From NCBI GenBank assembly GCA_038046545.1, contig JBBSVZ010000103.1, forward strand, positions 1-37,750: a DNA stretch of 37,750 nucleotides, in the 5' to 3' direction. Positions 23,973-32,469 of this stretch are shown piece after piece. Made by a program: the position numbers and the translations under genes. Under the pieces are notes generated by a model, which saw nothing but the letters and a program-made list of their open reading frames with translations, was not told the origin of the DNA and did no database searches. Positions within the stretch are counted from its first letter, which is position 1. Each line of letters starts with the position of its first letter. This DNA is from Nanobdellota archaeon (GTDB lineage: Archaea > Nanobdellota > Nanobdellia > Woesearchaeales > JBBSVZ01).

Positions 23973-24742
23973 TCTCCCTTCCTCTTGTAGTCTCCAATTC
24001 CGCCAACCTTTTTGATGGCTGCTATTGCTTTATCGCTTGCCTTTCTGAGTGTTTCTTCTGCAGATTTGTAGTCGGATGCTGTTGTTCCGAGCAGGAACCG
24101 CCCTGCACCTAGATACTTCATGTTAATAGGCTCGCTCTTTGCTTCTTTTAGGGCTGCTTTAACTTTTTCAACACCATCAGACGCAGTGCTTGATAGACTG
24201 AGAGTGCCTCTCACCTCAACTGTTTCAGGCTTGAGCCTTTGCTTGACAACTTTCTCGACTTCCTCGGCAAGAGCTTTGTTCACTCCAAGTTTTTCTAATG
24301 ATATGTTATTCTCAACAATATCCATGAAACCAATGAAAACAGAATCGTATTCGGTAAGGAGCTTCTCAGAAACTTCTTTGTAAGCAATGTCTGGCTCAAT
24401 TTTTAGTTTTTTAGCTGCGTGCTCAACAATCTTTGTTGCTTTCTGCTGCTGCTTGATGTCTGCAATCTTGCTTCTGCGCTGGCTCTCAGTAACTCTTCTT
24501 AGTGATAGGTCGATGTGCCCGCGGTCCTTGTTAATTCTTAGAACCTTACAAACAATCGTCTTGCCCTCTTTAACAAAATCGCGAATATTCCTGATTCTTC
24601 CTGGAGCAACTTCTGAAATGTGAATCATCCCAGAAACGCCATAGTCCTCAATCTTGACAAAAACAGAATGTCCTTGAACGTTTGTTACTGTGCAAAGCAC
24701 AAGCTCGGATTCTTCAGGAAACCCTTTTTTCTGAAGAAGCAT
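23969..24742 (-). CDS. eif2a: translation initiation factor aIF-2 alpha
   Basis: N-terminal S1 domain (GMIHISEVAPGRIRNIRDFVKEGK) plus length and operon context. Confidence 0.92.
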   Translation of the reverse strand: MLLQKKGFPEESELVLCTVTNVQGHSVFVKIEDYGVSGMIHISEVAPGRIRNIRDFVKEGKTIVCKVLRINKDRGHIDLSLRRVTESQRRSKIADIKQQQKATKIVEHAAKKLKIEPDIAYKEVSEKLLTEYDSVFIGFMDIVENNISLEKLGVNKALAEEVEKVVKQRLKPETVEVRGTLSLSSTASDGVEKVKAALKEAKSEPINMKYLGAGRFLLGTTASDYKSAEETLRKASDKAIAAIKKVGGIGDYKRKGE

Positions 24743-24743
24743 T

Positions 24744-24929
24744 TTAGTCGAGCACTTCCAGAATGCGGGACTTTATTGATGTTTTGCCGCCAGTCGGCTC
24801 TCCCAGTGTCTTGCTGCAAACCAGGCACTTGATGCTGGTTGATGCTTTGCCGAAAATTATTTGCTCATTCTTGCACTTAGGGCACCTTATCTTGATGAAC
24901 TTCGATGTTGTTTCTCTGATTCTTGGCAT
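24744..24929 (-). CDS. rps27e: 30S ribosomal protein S27e
   Basis: FIKIRCPKCKNEQIIFGKASTSIKCLVCSKTL zinc ribbon. Confidence 0.92.
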   Translation of the reverse strand: MPRIRETTSKFIKIRCPKCKNEQIIFGKASTSIKCLVCSKTLGEPTGGKTSIKSRILEVLD

Positions 24930-24940
24930 AGTTAATCACC

Positions 24941-25249
24941 TTAAACGAATTCTAGCTTTTTGGCACGGATGCCTTTTCTTTGAACATGTGCTTTCTTGCA
25001 GACCTTGCACTCAAATCTCAGGTCCATTTTCTTTGTAGGCTTCTTTCCAGTCATCTTCCATCTTGTGATGGCTGGCTTGGAATAACGGCCCATGCTGCCC
25101 ATTCCCCTTGCTCTCCCTCTTTTTCTTGCCCTGACTTTCGATCCAGCGGACATGGAGCGGGGAGCCTTCTTTTTTGAAGAATAAACAGAATGATCAGTGT
25201 GCTTCTTGCAGTAAGGGCAGTACCTCTTTATGTTCTTAGGCTTTTTCAT
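24941..25249 (-). CDS. rpl44e: 50S ribosomal protein L44e (eL42)
   Basis: YCPYCKKHTDH ... RFECKVCKKAH zinc motif and highly basic composition. Confidence 0.92.
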   Translation of the reverse strand: MKKPKNIKRYCPYCKKHTDHSVYSSKKKAPRSMSAGSKVRARKRGRARGMGSMGRYSKPAITRWKMTGKKPTKKMDLRFECKVCKKAHVQRKGIRAKKLEFV

Positions 25250-25367
25250 GTACTAAGGGTTTCATAATGATTTATAAAGGTTATTGAATTATTGACGGAT
25301 AAGAGTTCGAGGCTGTCCGCCGAATGAGGACTAAATTTTATTTTCAGCTTTTTCCAAAAATAAATTT

Positions 25368-25388
25368 GCGCTCCAGGCCGCGCGGGCC
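25368..25388 (+). repeat. GC-rich intergenic motif, copy b (GCGCTCCAGGCCGCGCGGGCC)
   Basis: It lies 6 nt beyond the stop of the GINS gene on the opposite strand. It is preceded by aaaaataaattt and followed by gaggaTTAATT. Confidence 0.8.
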
Positions 25389-25393
25389 GAGGA

Positions 25394-26014
25394 TTAATTC
25401 CCCCCAACCTCTTCAGCTCTTCCTTTCTTTATAAGAATCTCAGCTATCTCTGCGGGCAAATTAGCCATCTCCTCTTCCTCGAAAGGGCCGTAGACCTCGA
25501 GTTCCTTGCCGACAAATTTTGGTACTGGATTAAGAAAGCGGATCAGCTTTGTCGGCTGGTTGTCCTGTTCAGGGCTTTCAACTTCCTGCTGTGCTCCAGC
25601 TGTGACAACTATCTTCTGGGGCTTGGCTGCCTCAATTCTTGAATCGAAAACTAGCTGGCGGTGCGATCTCATTAGCGCGAGCATTGCTTCAAAGAGTTGC
25701 CTTTCCTCAACAAGCATAGCGCCATAATCAATTACTGCGTTCTCAACCCTGACCTTAAGGAGTGCAAGGTTTGATAATTTCTTCTCGCGTCGCTCGTACA
25801 GTTCTTTAAGTAGACGCAAAGTGTTATGAGATTGCCGAACGGCAGCATCCTTCTGTCCTTCAGGAAAATCCATCGCCATCTGGCGTTTCTTGATAATGTA
25901 ACCAATTACAGAATCAGCAAAGTCTGGCGGGAGCTTTTGCAAGTCCTCCCTGCTCTTTTCGCGCATTACAAGCTCGAAAAGCACTTCATACGTCATGTTG
26001 ATTTCTTCAGTCAT
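25394..26014 (-). CDS. GINS-family DNA replication protein (Gins51-like)
   Basis: A-domain pattern LRLLKELYERREKKLSNLA and B-domain pattern IRFLNPVPKFVGKELEVYGPFEEEEMANLPAEIAEILIKKGRA. It neighbours the L44e-S27e cluster, as seen in other archaea. Confidence 0.6.
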   Translation of the reverse strand: MTEEINMTYEVLFELVMREKSREDLQKLPPDFADSVIGYIIKKRQMAMDFPEGQKDAAVRQSHNTLRLLKELYERREKKLSNLALLKVRVENAVIDYGAMLVEERQLFEAMLALMRSHRQLVFDSRIEAAKPQKIVVTAGAQQEVESPEQDNQPTKLIRFLNPVPKFVGKELEVYGPFEEEEMANLPAEIAEILIKKGRAEEVGGN

Positions 26015-26119
26015 TTAGCCCCCTGCAAACTGGCTTCTTTGTAGGATTTTTAATGCTTTTGGAGAAAAACCCGGAAACCTTTCGAAAACCCTTATTAATG
26101 AAAAAGCTTCACCTACCCT

Positions 26120-27328
26120 ATGAATGCAAAACTTCAGTTTGAGGACCTGTCATTTGAGCACTGGCACGGAGGTGTCAGGGCAAAGCTGCTTAAGTCATTC
26201 TACTTCGACATAGAAAGTAAGAGCCTTGAAGAAATTGGACCATACGAGTTTGATGAGCACAGCATAACATTTAGCGAAGTATCCGAATCAAAAGCCAAGC
26301 AGAAATTCACTTTTCTTTTAGAAAAGCATTTTCCATTGCTGCGAAATATTTACACTAAAAAGCCAGCAATATACATCCATCGGAATAGCGGCATTCCACT
26401 TATAGGCTGTCAAAGCTTCGGTTTGATTGACAGAAACACTTCGATTATTGAAGTCAGGCCAGTTACCGGATGCAACTTGAACTGCGTTTATTGCTCAGTT
26501 GATGAAGGACTTAGTACAAGCAAAATCCTTGACTTCATAGTTGAAAAAGATTATCTCGTGCAGGAATTCAAGAAATTGGTGGACTTAAAGAATTGCAGCA
26601 GAATTGAAGCACATATTGGAACACAGGGAGATCCAACACTTTATGGCCCTTTGGTTGAGCTTGTCAGAGATCTCAGAAGTGTGTCGCAAGTTAAGGAAGT
26701 AGTCATGGACACTAATGGAATGCTTCTAACCGAGAAAATCATCGACGATCTTGCAGAAGCGGGAATGACTAGGATTAATCTCTCAATAAATGCCATGGAT
26801 CCGTTGCTCGCAAAGAAAATAGCAGGCTATGGCAAGTATGATGTTGAACATGCAAAGAAAATAGCAGCTTATGCAGCTAAGAAAATGACTTTGCTTATCG
26901 CTCCAGTCTTAGTTGGTGCAATGAACAAGGAGGAAATAAGGAAAATAGTCCTCTTCGCCAAGGAAATAGGGGCAAAAGTTGGCATCCAGAATTTTCTCAA
27001 TTACAAGCACGGGAGAAATCCAGTTAAGCAGATGGCCTGGGAGGACTTCTATGCCTTCCTCAAACAGCTTGAAGAAGAAACGGGCATGAAGTTGCTCTTG
27101 ACTAAGGAGGACTTCAAAATAACTTACACCCAAAAACTTCCTAAGCCATTCAAGAAAGGAGAAGCAATAGAGGCGGAAATAATCTGTTCAGGCAGGCTAC
27201 CTGGAGAAACGCTCTGCAAGGCACAAGAAAGGTGCATTATAGTTAGCGATAATAAGAAAAAAGAAGGAAAGATAATGGTAAGGATCGACCGCTCAAAACA
27301 TAATATTTTCAGGGGGCATGCGATTTGA
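26120..27328 (+). CDS. radical SAM protein with C-terminal TRAM-like segment
   Basis: CxxxCxxC cluster motif (GCNLNCVYCSV). The beta-rich C-terminal segment is KKGEAIEAEIICSGRLPGE...GKIMVRID. The substrate is unknown. Confidence 0.85.
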   Translation: MNAKLQFEDLSFEHWHGGVRAKLLKSFYFDIESKSLEEIGPYEFDEHSITFSEVSESKAKQKFTFLLEKHFPLLRNIYTKKPAIYIHRNSGIPLIGCQSFGLIDRNTSIIEVRPVTGCNLNCVYCSVDEGLSTSKILDFIVEKDYLVQEFKKLVDLKNCSRIEAHIGTQGDPTLYGPLVELVRDLRSVSQVKEVVMDTNGMLLTEKIIDDLAEAGMTRINLSINAMDPLLAKKIAGYGKYDVEHAKKIAAYAAKKMTLLIAPVLVGAMNKEEIRKIVLFAKEIGAKVGIQNFLNYKHGRNPVKQMAWEDFYAFLKQLEEETGMKLLLTKEDFKITYTQKLPKPFKKGEAIEAEIICSGRLPGETLCKAQERCIIVSDNKKKEGKIMVRIDRSKHNIFRGHAI

Positions 27329-27363
27329 TGGAACTTTATTTCTAACTAACTTAAAATATATTT

Positions 27364-27384
27364 GCGCTCAAGGCCGCGCGGGCC
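27364..27384 (+). repeat. GC-rich intergenic motif, copy c (GCGCTCAAGGCCGCGCGGGCC)
   Basis: It lies in the convergent spacer between the radical SAM and S-layer genes and is preceded by ttaaaatatattt. Confidence 0.8.
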
Positions 27385-27466
27385 AAGTTTTGAATCAAGT
27401 AATTAATATTCGAGATTGCTGTTCGTACCGTTTGAACACTTTAGTTTACAAATAAGTCAGAATTGA

Positions 27467-27516
27467 ACAAAAAAGAAAAGATAAAAAAAAGAAAAAAATA
27501 AGCCGTTTAAGGCTTT
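27467..27516 (-). terminator. hairpin plus long oligo-T terminator of the S-layer gene
   Basis: Immediately after the TAG the minus strand reads AAGCC-UUAAAC-GGCUU, then UAUUUUUUUCUUUUUUUUAUCUUUUCUUUUUUG. Confidence 0.65.
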
Positions 27517-30057
27517 CTAACCAACAACAGCAGCACCGACGGTTGTGTCGGTGAAGTCGGCATTTACGCCCTTGACTTCTACGTTCGTGCCCTGCAACTT
27601 ACCAGATGCCTGGTATGTCTTGAACTGGGCAATCACGCGAGCCGTTCTCCTTGTATCTGATGCACTTGCACCAGCTACTAAGAGTGCGACTTTGCCTGAA
27701 GGTTGCGTAAAGAGGCGCAGCATTCCTGAGCCTTCTACAAATCCTTCACCACAATTGGCTGGGTTGCCTAGCAAGGTTGCAGCAGCTGAGTTGACGCACG
27801 GTCCACCAACTACAATTGAGTTGACGTTCGCGAAGTCGACTTCACTTGGCAATACAGCCGCACCAACATTTATCTGATTAATTGTTGGCACAACGATTTG
27901 TCCCTCTCCAGCTCCGCCGGCATTTGCCTGAGCGCTAGTTGGAGCAATGAACACGTTGAATGCGGTCTGCTCACTTGGCATGTACAGAGTAACTCCTTGA
28001 TCGTTGGAGTCAGAGTTGTACGAAATAAAGGTGCCCCAAGGTGTCAAGTCAGTCTTCTTGTCGCTGTCACTTCCTGGGCTCTCAAAATTGAGAGCATATA
28101 AACCAGTACCAGTGTCTGAAAGAGACAAAGCGCTGCTAGAACTAACATCGCGTGCATAGGCTGGGTCGGTTACCAAAAATAGGTCCTGTCCGCTTCTTCC
28201 ATTGTCATATCCATACAGGAAGGTAAACACACCATAGTCATCAGCCTTTGAGCCGGTGCTATATGTGGTTCTTTCCTTTACAGTTATGTTCATGTTAGAA
28301 CCCTGCGAGGTGTTCGAGTCAGACAAGTCTGCTGACTTAAGCTGGTCCTGCGAAGGCAGTACAATTAAGTTGTCGTTATCCGTATAAATCTGGTTGGTAA
28401 ACGACGTACTTGATATGTTACCTTCATTTGAAGAGCTCAAGGTAATCGAAAACGTGTATGTGTTACCATCATACGTCATCGTACCTGATGCTGTTCCGCC
28501 AGTTTCAGTGAATGACCAGTCTTGGCTTCCACCATTGCTTGCGACATCCTGAACTGTTATTTCCTTCTCAGAAGAACTGTTTCTGAGCGAGGAAAGCTTC
28601 AGGATTCTCTGGTACTCTCCAGAACCAATAACGAAGTAATCATTTCTGTTGACTACTGCGCCTGATGTTGTGACTAAGTTCCTTGTTGAGTCGCCATTTG
28701 CTCTCATCAAGAGACCGTTGTCAGTTGGTGAAATGGCACCACCTGCAGTGTCAGTTCCGTTACCCTTCAAAATGTCAAGGTTGTACTGATTTCCTGCCTT
28801 GTTCTTGAAAGCAAGCCTCAAGCGGTCTTCGCTTGGCTGCAAAACAACCTTCGATTTGGAGTCAGCCATCAAAGCTGGGTTTGCACCTGGCTTCGGGAAC
28901 AGCCATTTGAACGTTCCGAATACAGGATCAACAAATTCTTGTCCCTCTAACAAAACGCCATTCTTGCTGTCGTAGTTTCTTGGCTGCACGTCAATCTCAA
29001 TTCTTGAGATTTTTCCATTTGAAGTTGTGATGCTTACGTTTGCACCATCAACGGTCTTGGACTCTGTTCCTTTTTCGACGCTTCCGCCGTTGTTGAACAC
29101 GAGCTTTTCAGATCCAATAAAGAGTCTGGCTCCACCGCCACCTACTGGCTGAGTGTACGCCTGCACGTCTCTTACATAAACGCGCTGACCGCCAAGAGTC
29201 TTTGTTTGTCCCTTTGTTAGGGATTCAGTCTCACCATTGACGCTAACAGTAGCAGTCGATGGAGTTGACTGTGTGTTAACACCAACAACTCTGACAGTAA
29301 CTTTTTGGCCCTTAACATCTACAACGGCTTCTTGGCCTGCTGTGAATGTCTGGTCAACGGCTGAGTTATACAACGTAACCTTTGTAGTTGTCATCTCAGA
29401 TGAAGACGCACCTGTGGTATATTCCCTGCCGAAAAGGCTAATTACCTCATTTGTGAGGTTGGTTGGGTCAACAACAGTTGGGAAGTCTATAATCAAAGCA
29501 TACTGAGGAGTTCCTGTTCCTGATGCTCCTGTATCAAAGTTCACGTGCAACACTGGCTCATCAACGTTCTGGTTGGAGCTTGGTGCACTTCTTCCATATG
29601 CGACATACGCATTTGGCAGCTGAATCTTTGCCTGAGCAGTGTATGCAGTTCCTTGTTGGTCTTGGAAGGATGAGTCCTTCAAGATGTCCAAGTCTGATTT
29701 TGTTAATGTCTGTCTTCCAAGGCCTGTAAAGTTCAGACCCAGTCTTAATGGCTGTGAACCTGACTCAATTCTGACGCCTTGTGAAACTTGAACGTTATCT
29801 CCACCGCTGACATCTACAATCTGTGATGTCTGGGCTGAGAACTGGAGGCTTGTTGCAATATCAACAGCGCCTATAACGTCAGTTGTCTGTCCGTTCTCGC
29901 CAACAATTATAACAGCATTAAACATGCCATTGTCGACAAAAGGTGATGGGTATGTAGCAAGGTCAGCTGCACCCATAGCGCTCATAACTGTAGCGCCAAC
30001 CATAGTGGCACCTGTACCTAAAGCCAGAATCCGCTTAACAGCTTTTCTTAACTTCAC
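27517..30057 (-). CDS. S-layer (surface layer) protein
   Basis: Signal sequence KRILALGTGATMVGATVMSAMGAADLATYPSPFV..NAVIIVGE...DVIGAVDIATSL is typical of archaeal S-layer N-termini. The body is large and Thr/Ser/Gly/Asn-rich with few charged residues. I prefer the GTG start at 30057, 7 nt after GGAGGTG; the track ATG at 30084 contains that SD. Confidence 0.8.
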   Translation of the reverse strand: MKLRKAVKRILALGTGATMVGATVMSAMGAADLATYPSPFVDNGMFNAVIIVGENGQTTDVIGAVDIATSLQFSAQTSQIVDVSGGDNVQVSQGVRIESGSQPLRLGLNFTGLGRQTLTKSDLDILKDSSFQDQQGTAYTAQAKIQLPNAYVAYGRSAPSSNQNVDEPVLHVNFDTGASGTGTPQYALIIDFPTVVDPTNLTNEVISLFGREYTTGASSSEMTTTKVTLYNSAVDQTFTAGQEAVVDVKGQKVTVRVVGVNTQSTPSTATVSVNGETESLTKGQTKTLGGQRVYVRDVQAYTQPVGGGGARLFIGSEKLVFNNGGSVEKGTESKTVDGANVSITTSNGKISRIEIDVQPRNYDSKNGVLLEGQEFVDPVFGTFKWLFPKPGANPALMADSKSKVVLQPSEDRLRLAFKNKAGNQYNLDILKGNGTDTAGGAISPTDNGLLMRANGDSTRNLVTTSGAVVNRNDYFVIGSGEYQRILKLSSLRNSSSEKEITVQDVASNGGSQDWSFTETGGTASGTMTYDGNTYTFSITLSSSNEGNISSTSFTNQIYTDNDNLIVLPSQDQLKSADLSDSNTSQGSNMNITVKERTTYSTGSKADDYGVFTFLYGYDNGRSGQDLFLVTDPAYARDVSSSSALSLSDTGTGLYALNFESPGSDSDKKTDLTPWGTFISYNSDSNDQGVTLYMPSEQTAFNVFIAPTSAQANAGGAGEGQIVVPTINQINVGAAVLPSEVDFANVNSIVVGGPCVNSAAATLLGNPANCGEGFVEGSGMLRLFTQPSGKVALLVAGASASDTRRTARVIAQFKTYQASGKLQGTNVEVKGVNADFTDTTVGAAVVG

Positions 30058-30179
30058 TTTCGAACACCTCCATTGAATGTTCACGAGTTTTATCTGCTAT
30101 CGTCGAGCCCTTAGCTCAACCGTTAACAAAAACCAAGTTCCATATATAAAGTTTACGTCGTCTTGGTGCCTGAAATACA

Positions 30180-30219
30180 TAGTTTCTAAACTATATTTGA
30201 TTAATATATTTAGAAACTA
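30180..30219. repeat. perfect 11-bp inverted repeat (TAGTTTCTAAA / TTTAGAAACTA) with 18-nt AT loop
   Basis: It lies upstream of the S-layer BRE/TATA (AAACTTTATATATGG on the minus strand, about 30141-30155) and downstream of the preceding gene. Confidence 0.6.
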
Positions 30220-30354
30220 AATCCGCACCCTCAACAGATGTAAACCTTTGTATGTGCATGGTTAATGTCAAAGATACTCCAGTTGACTGGATATATAAAT
30301 GTTTCTGGGCTGGAGTATGGTCAAAAAGAGATATAAAAAGAAGCGGTTTTGGTA

Positions 30355-31203
30355 CTATTGCTGAATTAGGGCCGGTTGGTCTGAACCGTAAGTTTCGGCA
30401 AAAAACTTTTCGCAAGGCATATATTCGCGAGGCCCAAAGGCTCGGCTGAAGCAGGAAAACTTGTTTGACCCAGAAACCTGTTCTGGTACTTCAACTGCAT
30501 CAGTATTTGTGACTAAAACTTCTCCAGACCGGAGTTTAGCTATTGCTTGAATAGTGTGTTTGCCTTCACCAAGAAAGTCAACCATAAACACATGATTTGT
30601 TCGGATTGCATAGTCTGTATCAATTGGCTCAGCTTTGCTAAAGTCCGCCTCATAAACAGGTGAACCATCTGAAACTATGACCAATGCCTCTAAATCTTCT
30701 GGCTTAAACTGATCTCCATATATGTTCAAGACATAATCAAAATTTCTTTCATAACCTGGTCCCCAACTGTTTTGGGCTGATGAGGTATACCAAGAATCGG
30801 GTTCAAACTTAACTTCGTTTATGTCGCTAGGAAACTCACCCTCTAATTGCTCATATCTATTGAAAGGTGTAAACCCTGAATCTGTATAAATTCCGGATTC
30901 ATTGCCAAAATATGACATTAATTCTAAAGAATATTGAAAACTTGGAATAATAGGTTTTCCCAATGCGGTCAGATAAGCATTCATGGTATTTGCTTTAATC
31001 CCTCTATAGTTTGGCATTTGAGGGTCCATGCCACTAGAAAGTTCCTCATTCCAGATCCGATCATTTGAACTCCCCGGTCTTTCTTGGATCCCAGTCCTAT
31101 CCATTCGAATCAAAATTTGTGAACATGCGCCAATACCAACCAGAAGTCCTGCTGCAGCAGCTCCCAAAACATAATCTCGCAAATTTGACATGGGCATTGG
31201 CAA
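30355..31203 (-). CDS. hypothetical secreted/lipobox-containing protein
   Basis: The N-terminal hydrophobic segment ends in LLVGIGAC (lipobox-like). The remainder is hydrophilic. I recognise no family. Confidence 0.55.
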   Translation of the reverse strand: MPMPMSNLRDYVLGAAAAGLLVGIGACSQILIRMDRTGIQERPGSSNDRIWNEELSSGMDPQMPNYRGIKANTMNAYLTALGKPIIPSFQYSLELMSYFGNESGIYTDSGFTPFNRYEQLEGEFPSDINEVKFEPDSWYTSSAQNSWGPGYERNFDYVLNIYGDQFKPEDLEALVIVSDGSPVYEADFSKAEPIDTDYAIRTNHVFMVDFLGEGKHTIQAIAKLRSGEVLVTNTDAVEVPEQVSGSNKFSCFSRAFGPREYMPCEKFFAETYGSDQPALIQQ

Positions 31204-31251
31204 CTGATCTTATATTTATATTATTCAATTCAAAAGTAATAATTTACTTAC

Positions 31252-31286
31252 TGTGGCTTTACGCCACACTCCTTTTACCAGATTTT
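31252..31286 (+). repeat. hairpin + T-tract + ACCAGATTTT module, copy 1
   Basis: tgtggc-tttac-gccaca followed by ctccttttaccagatttt. Confidence 0.6.
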
Positions 31287-31342
31287 CTCAAAACGAAGTA
31301 TATCCGGTTTAATTCTTGACCCTTTCTTTGCTCATTTCGTTT

Positions 31343-31379
31343 GTTGGGCTTTACGCCCGACCTTTTTTACCAGATTTTT
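31343..31379 (+). repeat. hairpin + T-tract + ACCAGATTTT module, copy 2 (abuts the tRNA-Leu 3-prime end)
   Basis: gttgggc-tttac-gcccgac followed by cttttttaccagattttt. The stem differs from copy 1 by paired (compensatory) substitutions. Confidence 0.6.
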
Positions 31380-31390
31380 CGTAAAAAATC

Positions 31391-31476
31391 TGCGGGGAGC
31401 AGGATTCGAACCTGCGCAGGCACTAAGCCACACGGTCCTAAGCCGTGTCCGTTTGACCAGGCTCCGGCATCCCCGC
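31391..31476 (-). tRNA. tRNA-Leu (anticodon UAG), class II with long variable arm
   Basis: Hand-folded 86 nt: acceptor GCGGGGA/UCCCCGC, anticodon stem-loop CACGG-CUUAGGA-CCGUG, long variable arm, T arm GGUUCGAAUCC, discriminator A. Confidence 0.95.
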
Positions 31477-31571
31477 ATAAGGAATTGAATGTTATTGGGT
31501 TTCCTATATAATAGTTAAGGTTTGGGTTAAAGGTTAAGATTAGGGATCAATAATCGTACCTATATAATATA

Positions 31572-31592
31572 GCGCTCAAGTGCCGCGCGGGC
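31572..31592 (+). repeat. GC-rich intergenic motif, copy d (GCGCTCAAGTGCCGCGCGGGC)
   Basis: It lies between L37e and tRNA-Leu, preceded by ctatataatata and followed by TAATTAA. Confidence 0.8.
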
Positions 31593-31617
31593 TAATTAAC
31601 TAAGCCTGTCCGGCGTG

Positions 31618-31667
31618 TCGAAAATCTCTGATTTTCGATCATGATCGGAAATCTTTGTGATTTCCGA
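31618..31667. repeat. two adjacent related 9-bp-stem palindromes (TCGAAAATC-tct-GATTTTCGA and TCGGAAATC-tttgt-GATTTCCGA)
   Basis: Both stems are perfect and lie 6 nt apart in the L37e/tRNA-Leu spacer. Confidence 0.7.
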
Positions 31668-31727
31668 CATTTGAGGACAAATTGTTTACGTTTTTTATTA
31701 CGTATAACTTATTAGAACCCAATTTAT

Positions 31728-31904
31728 TTACTTCTTCTTTCTTTTATTCTGCCAACTGTAGCTTCTCATTCTTTTGGAACTTCCGAATCCGCATGATGCG
31801 CACTTCCTTTTAGAATATTGGTAAGTCCTTCGGCCGCATCTGCGGCACCTTATCATGTTCTTCTTGCCGCTCTTGCGGCCCATGGAAGGGGTGCCTTTTG
31901 TCAT
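31728..31904 (-). CDS. rpl37e: 50S ribosomal protein L37e (58 aa)
   Basis: Below the ORF-track cutoff. The sequence is MTKGTPSMGRKSGKKNMIRCRRCGRRTYQYSKRKCASCGFGSSKRMRSYSWQNKRKKK. It sits in the canonical position after the Sm gene. Confidence 0.9.
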   Translation of the reverse strand: MTKGTPSMGRKSGKKNMIRCRRCGRRTYQYSKRKCASCGFGSSKRMRSYSWQNKRKKK

Positions 31905-31908
31905 GAGC

Positions 31909-32133
31909 TTACTCTTGGGGCGAAATTAGAATTATGGTGTCGCCGCGAAGGAAAACTGTCCCAAGCTTGCGCTTAGTCTCTCCATCGATTCGTTCCTCGG
32001 AATCTTCAAGAACAGTGTTGACATGAATGTCAAACGACTTGAGTTTGCCTATGAACTGCTTTCCGTTCTTAAGCTCAACGATCACTCTGCGGTTACGAGC
32101 CGCATTTAATGCATCTAATGGCCTTGCTTCCAT
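31909..32133 (-). CDS. Sm-like archaeal protein (LSm/SmAP)
   Basis: Sm1 (VIVELKNGKQFIGKLKSFDIHVNTVLED) and Sm2 (TVFLRGDTIILI) motifs. Confidence 0.9.
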   Translation of the reverse strand: MEARPLDALNAARNRRVIVELKNGKQFIGKLKSFDIHVNTVLEDSEERIDGETKRKLGTVFLRGDTIILISPQE

Positions 32134-32204
32134 AACTCAAAGGGGCTTCATAGTTCTTTTTAAGTTTATTGGTTTGAATTGTTCAATTAGAAGTGATTTG
32201 CCTA

Positions 32205-32348
32205 CTAGCTAGCCATGTAAAGAGTAAACTTCATCTTGGTTTGCTTTACAGGGATGAAGTCCTGGCTTTCATCATGCTCATAGTCATCTGGCTCCTCAAC
32301 AGGTTCCCTGTCCTCGAGAGGAACAAAATAATCTTCATCGAATTCCAT
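32205..32348 (-). CDS. possible small acidic protein (47 aa) heading the Sm-L37e unit
   Basis: Below the track cutoff. The sequence is MEFDEDYFVPLEDREPVEEPDDYEHDESQDFIPVKQTKMKFTLYMAS. A TTTATAAA box lies about 30 nt upstream of its ATG. There is no homology evidence. Confidence 0.3.
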   Translation of the reverse strand: MEFDEDYFVPLEDREPVEEPDDYEHDESQDFIPVKQTKMKFTLYMAS

Positions 32349-32469
32349 CCCCTAAATAAGTGCGTTTTTCTTTATAAATATTGGGATTATTAAAACAACA
32401 CCAAAAAATTTGCTGATTAAGATAATTAATCCGCAGAACATTAATAAAACAATCAATGTATCGGAGTAT

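Noticed and set aside
31065-31319. Plus-strand ORFs at 31065-31319, 32193-32393 and 30252-30449
   Set aside because: They span intergenic or promoter DNA and the starts of opposite-strand genes, have implausible composition, and are better explained by the repeat modules and promoters located there.
31618-31667. The twin palindromes as a mini CRISPR array
   Set aside because: There are only two units. They are self-complementary hairpins separated by 6 nt, with no spacer-sized unique inserts and no cas genes in the window.
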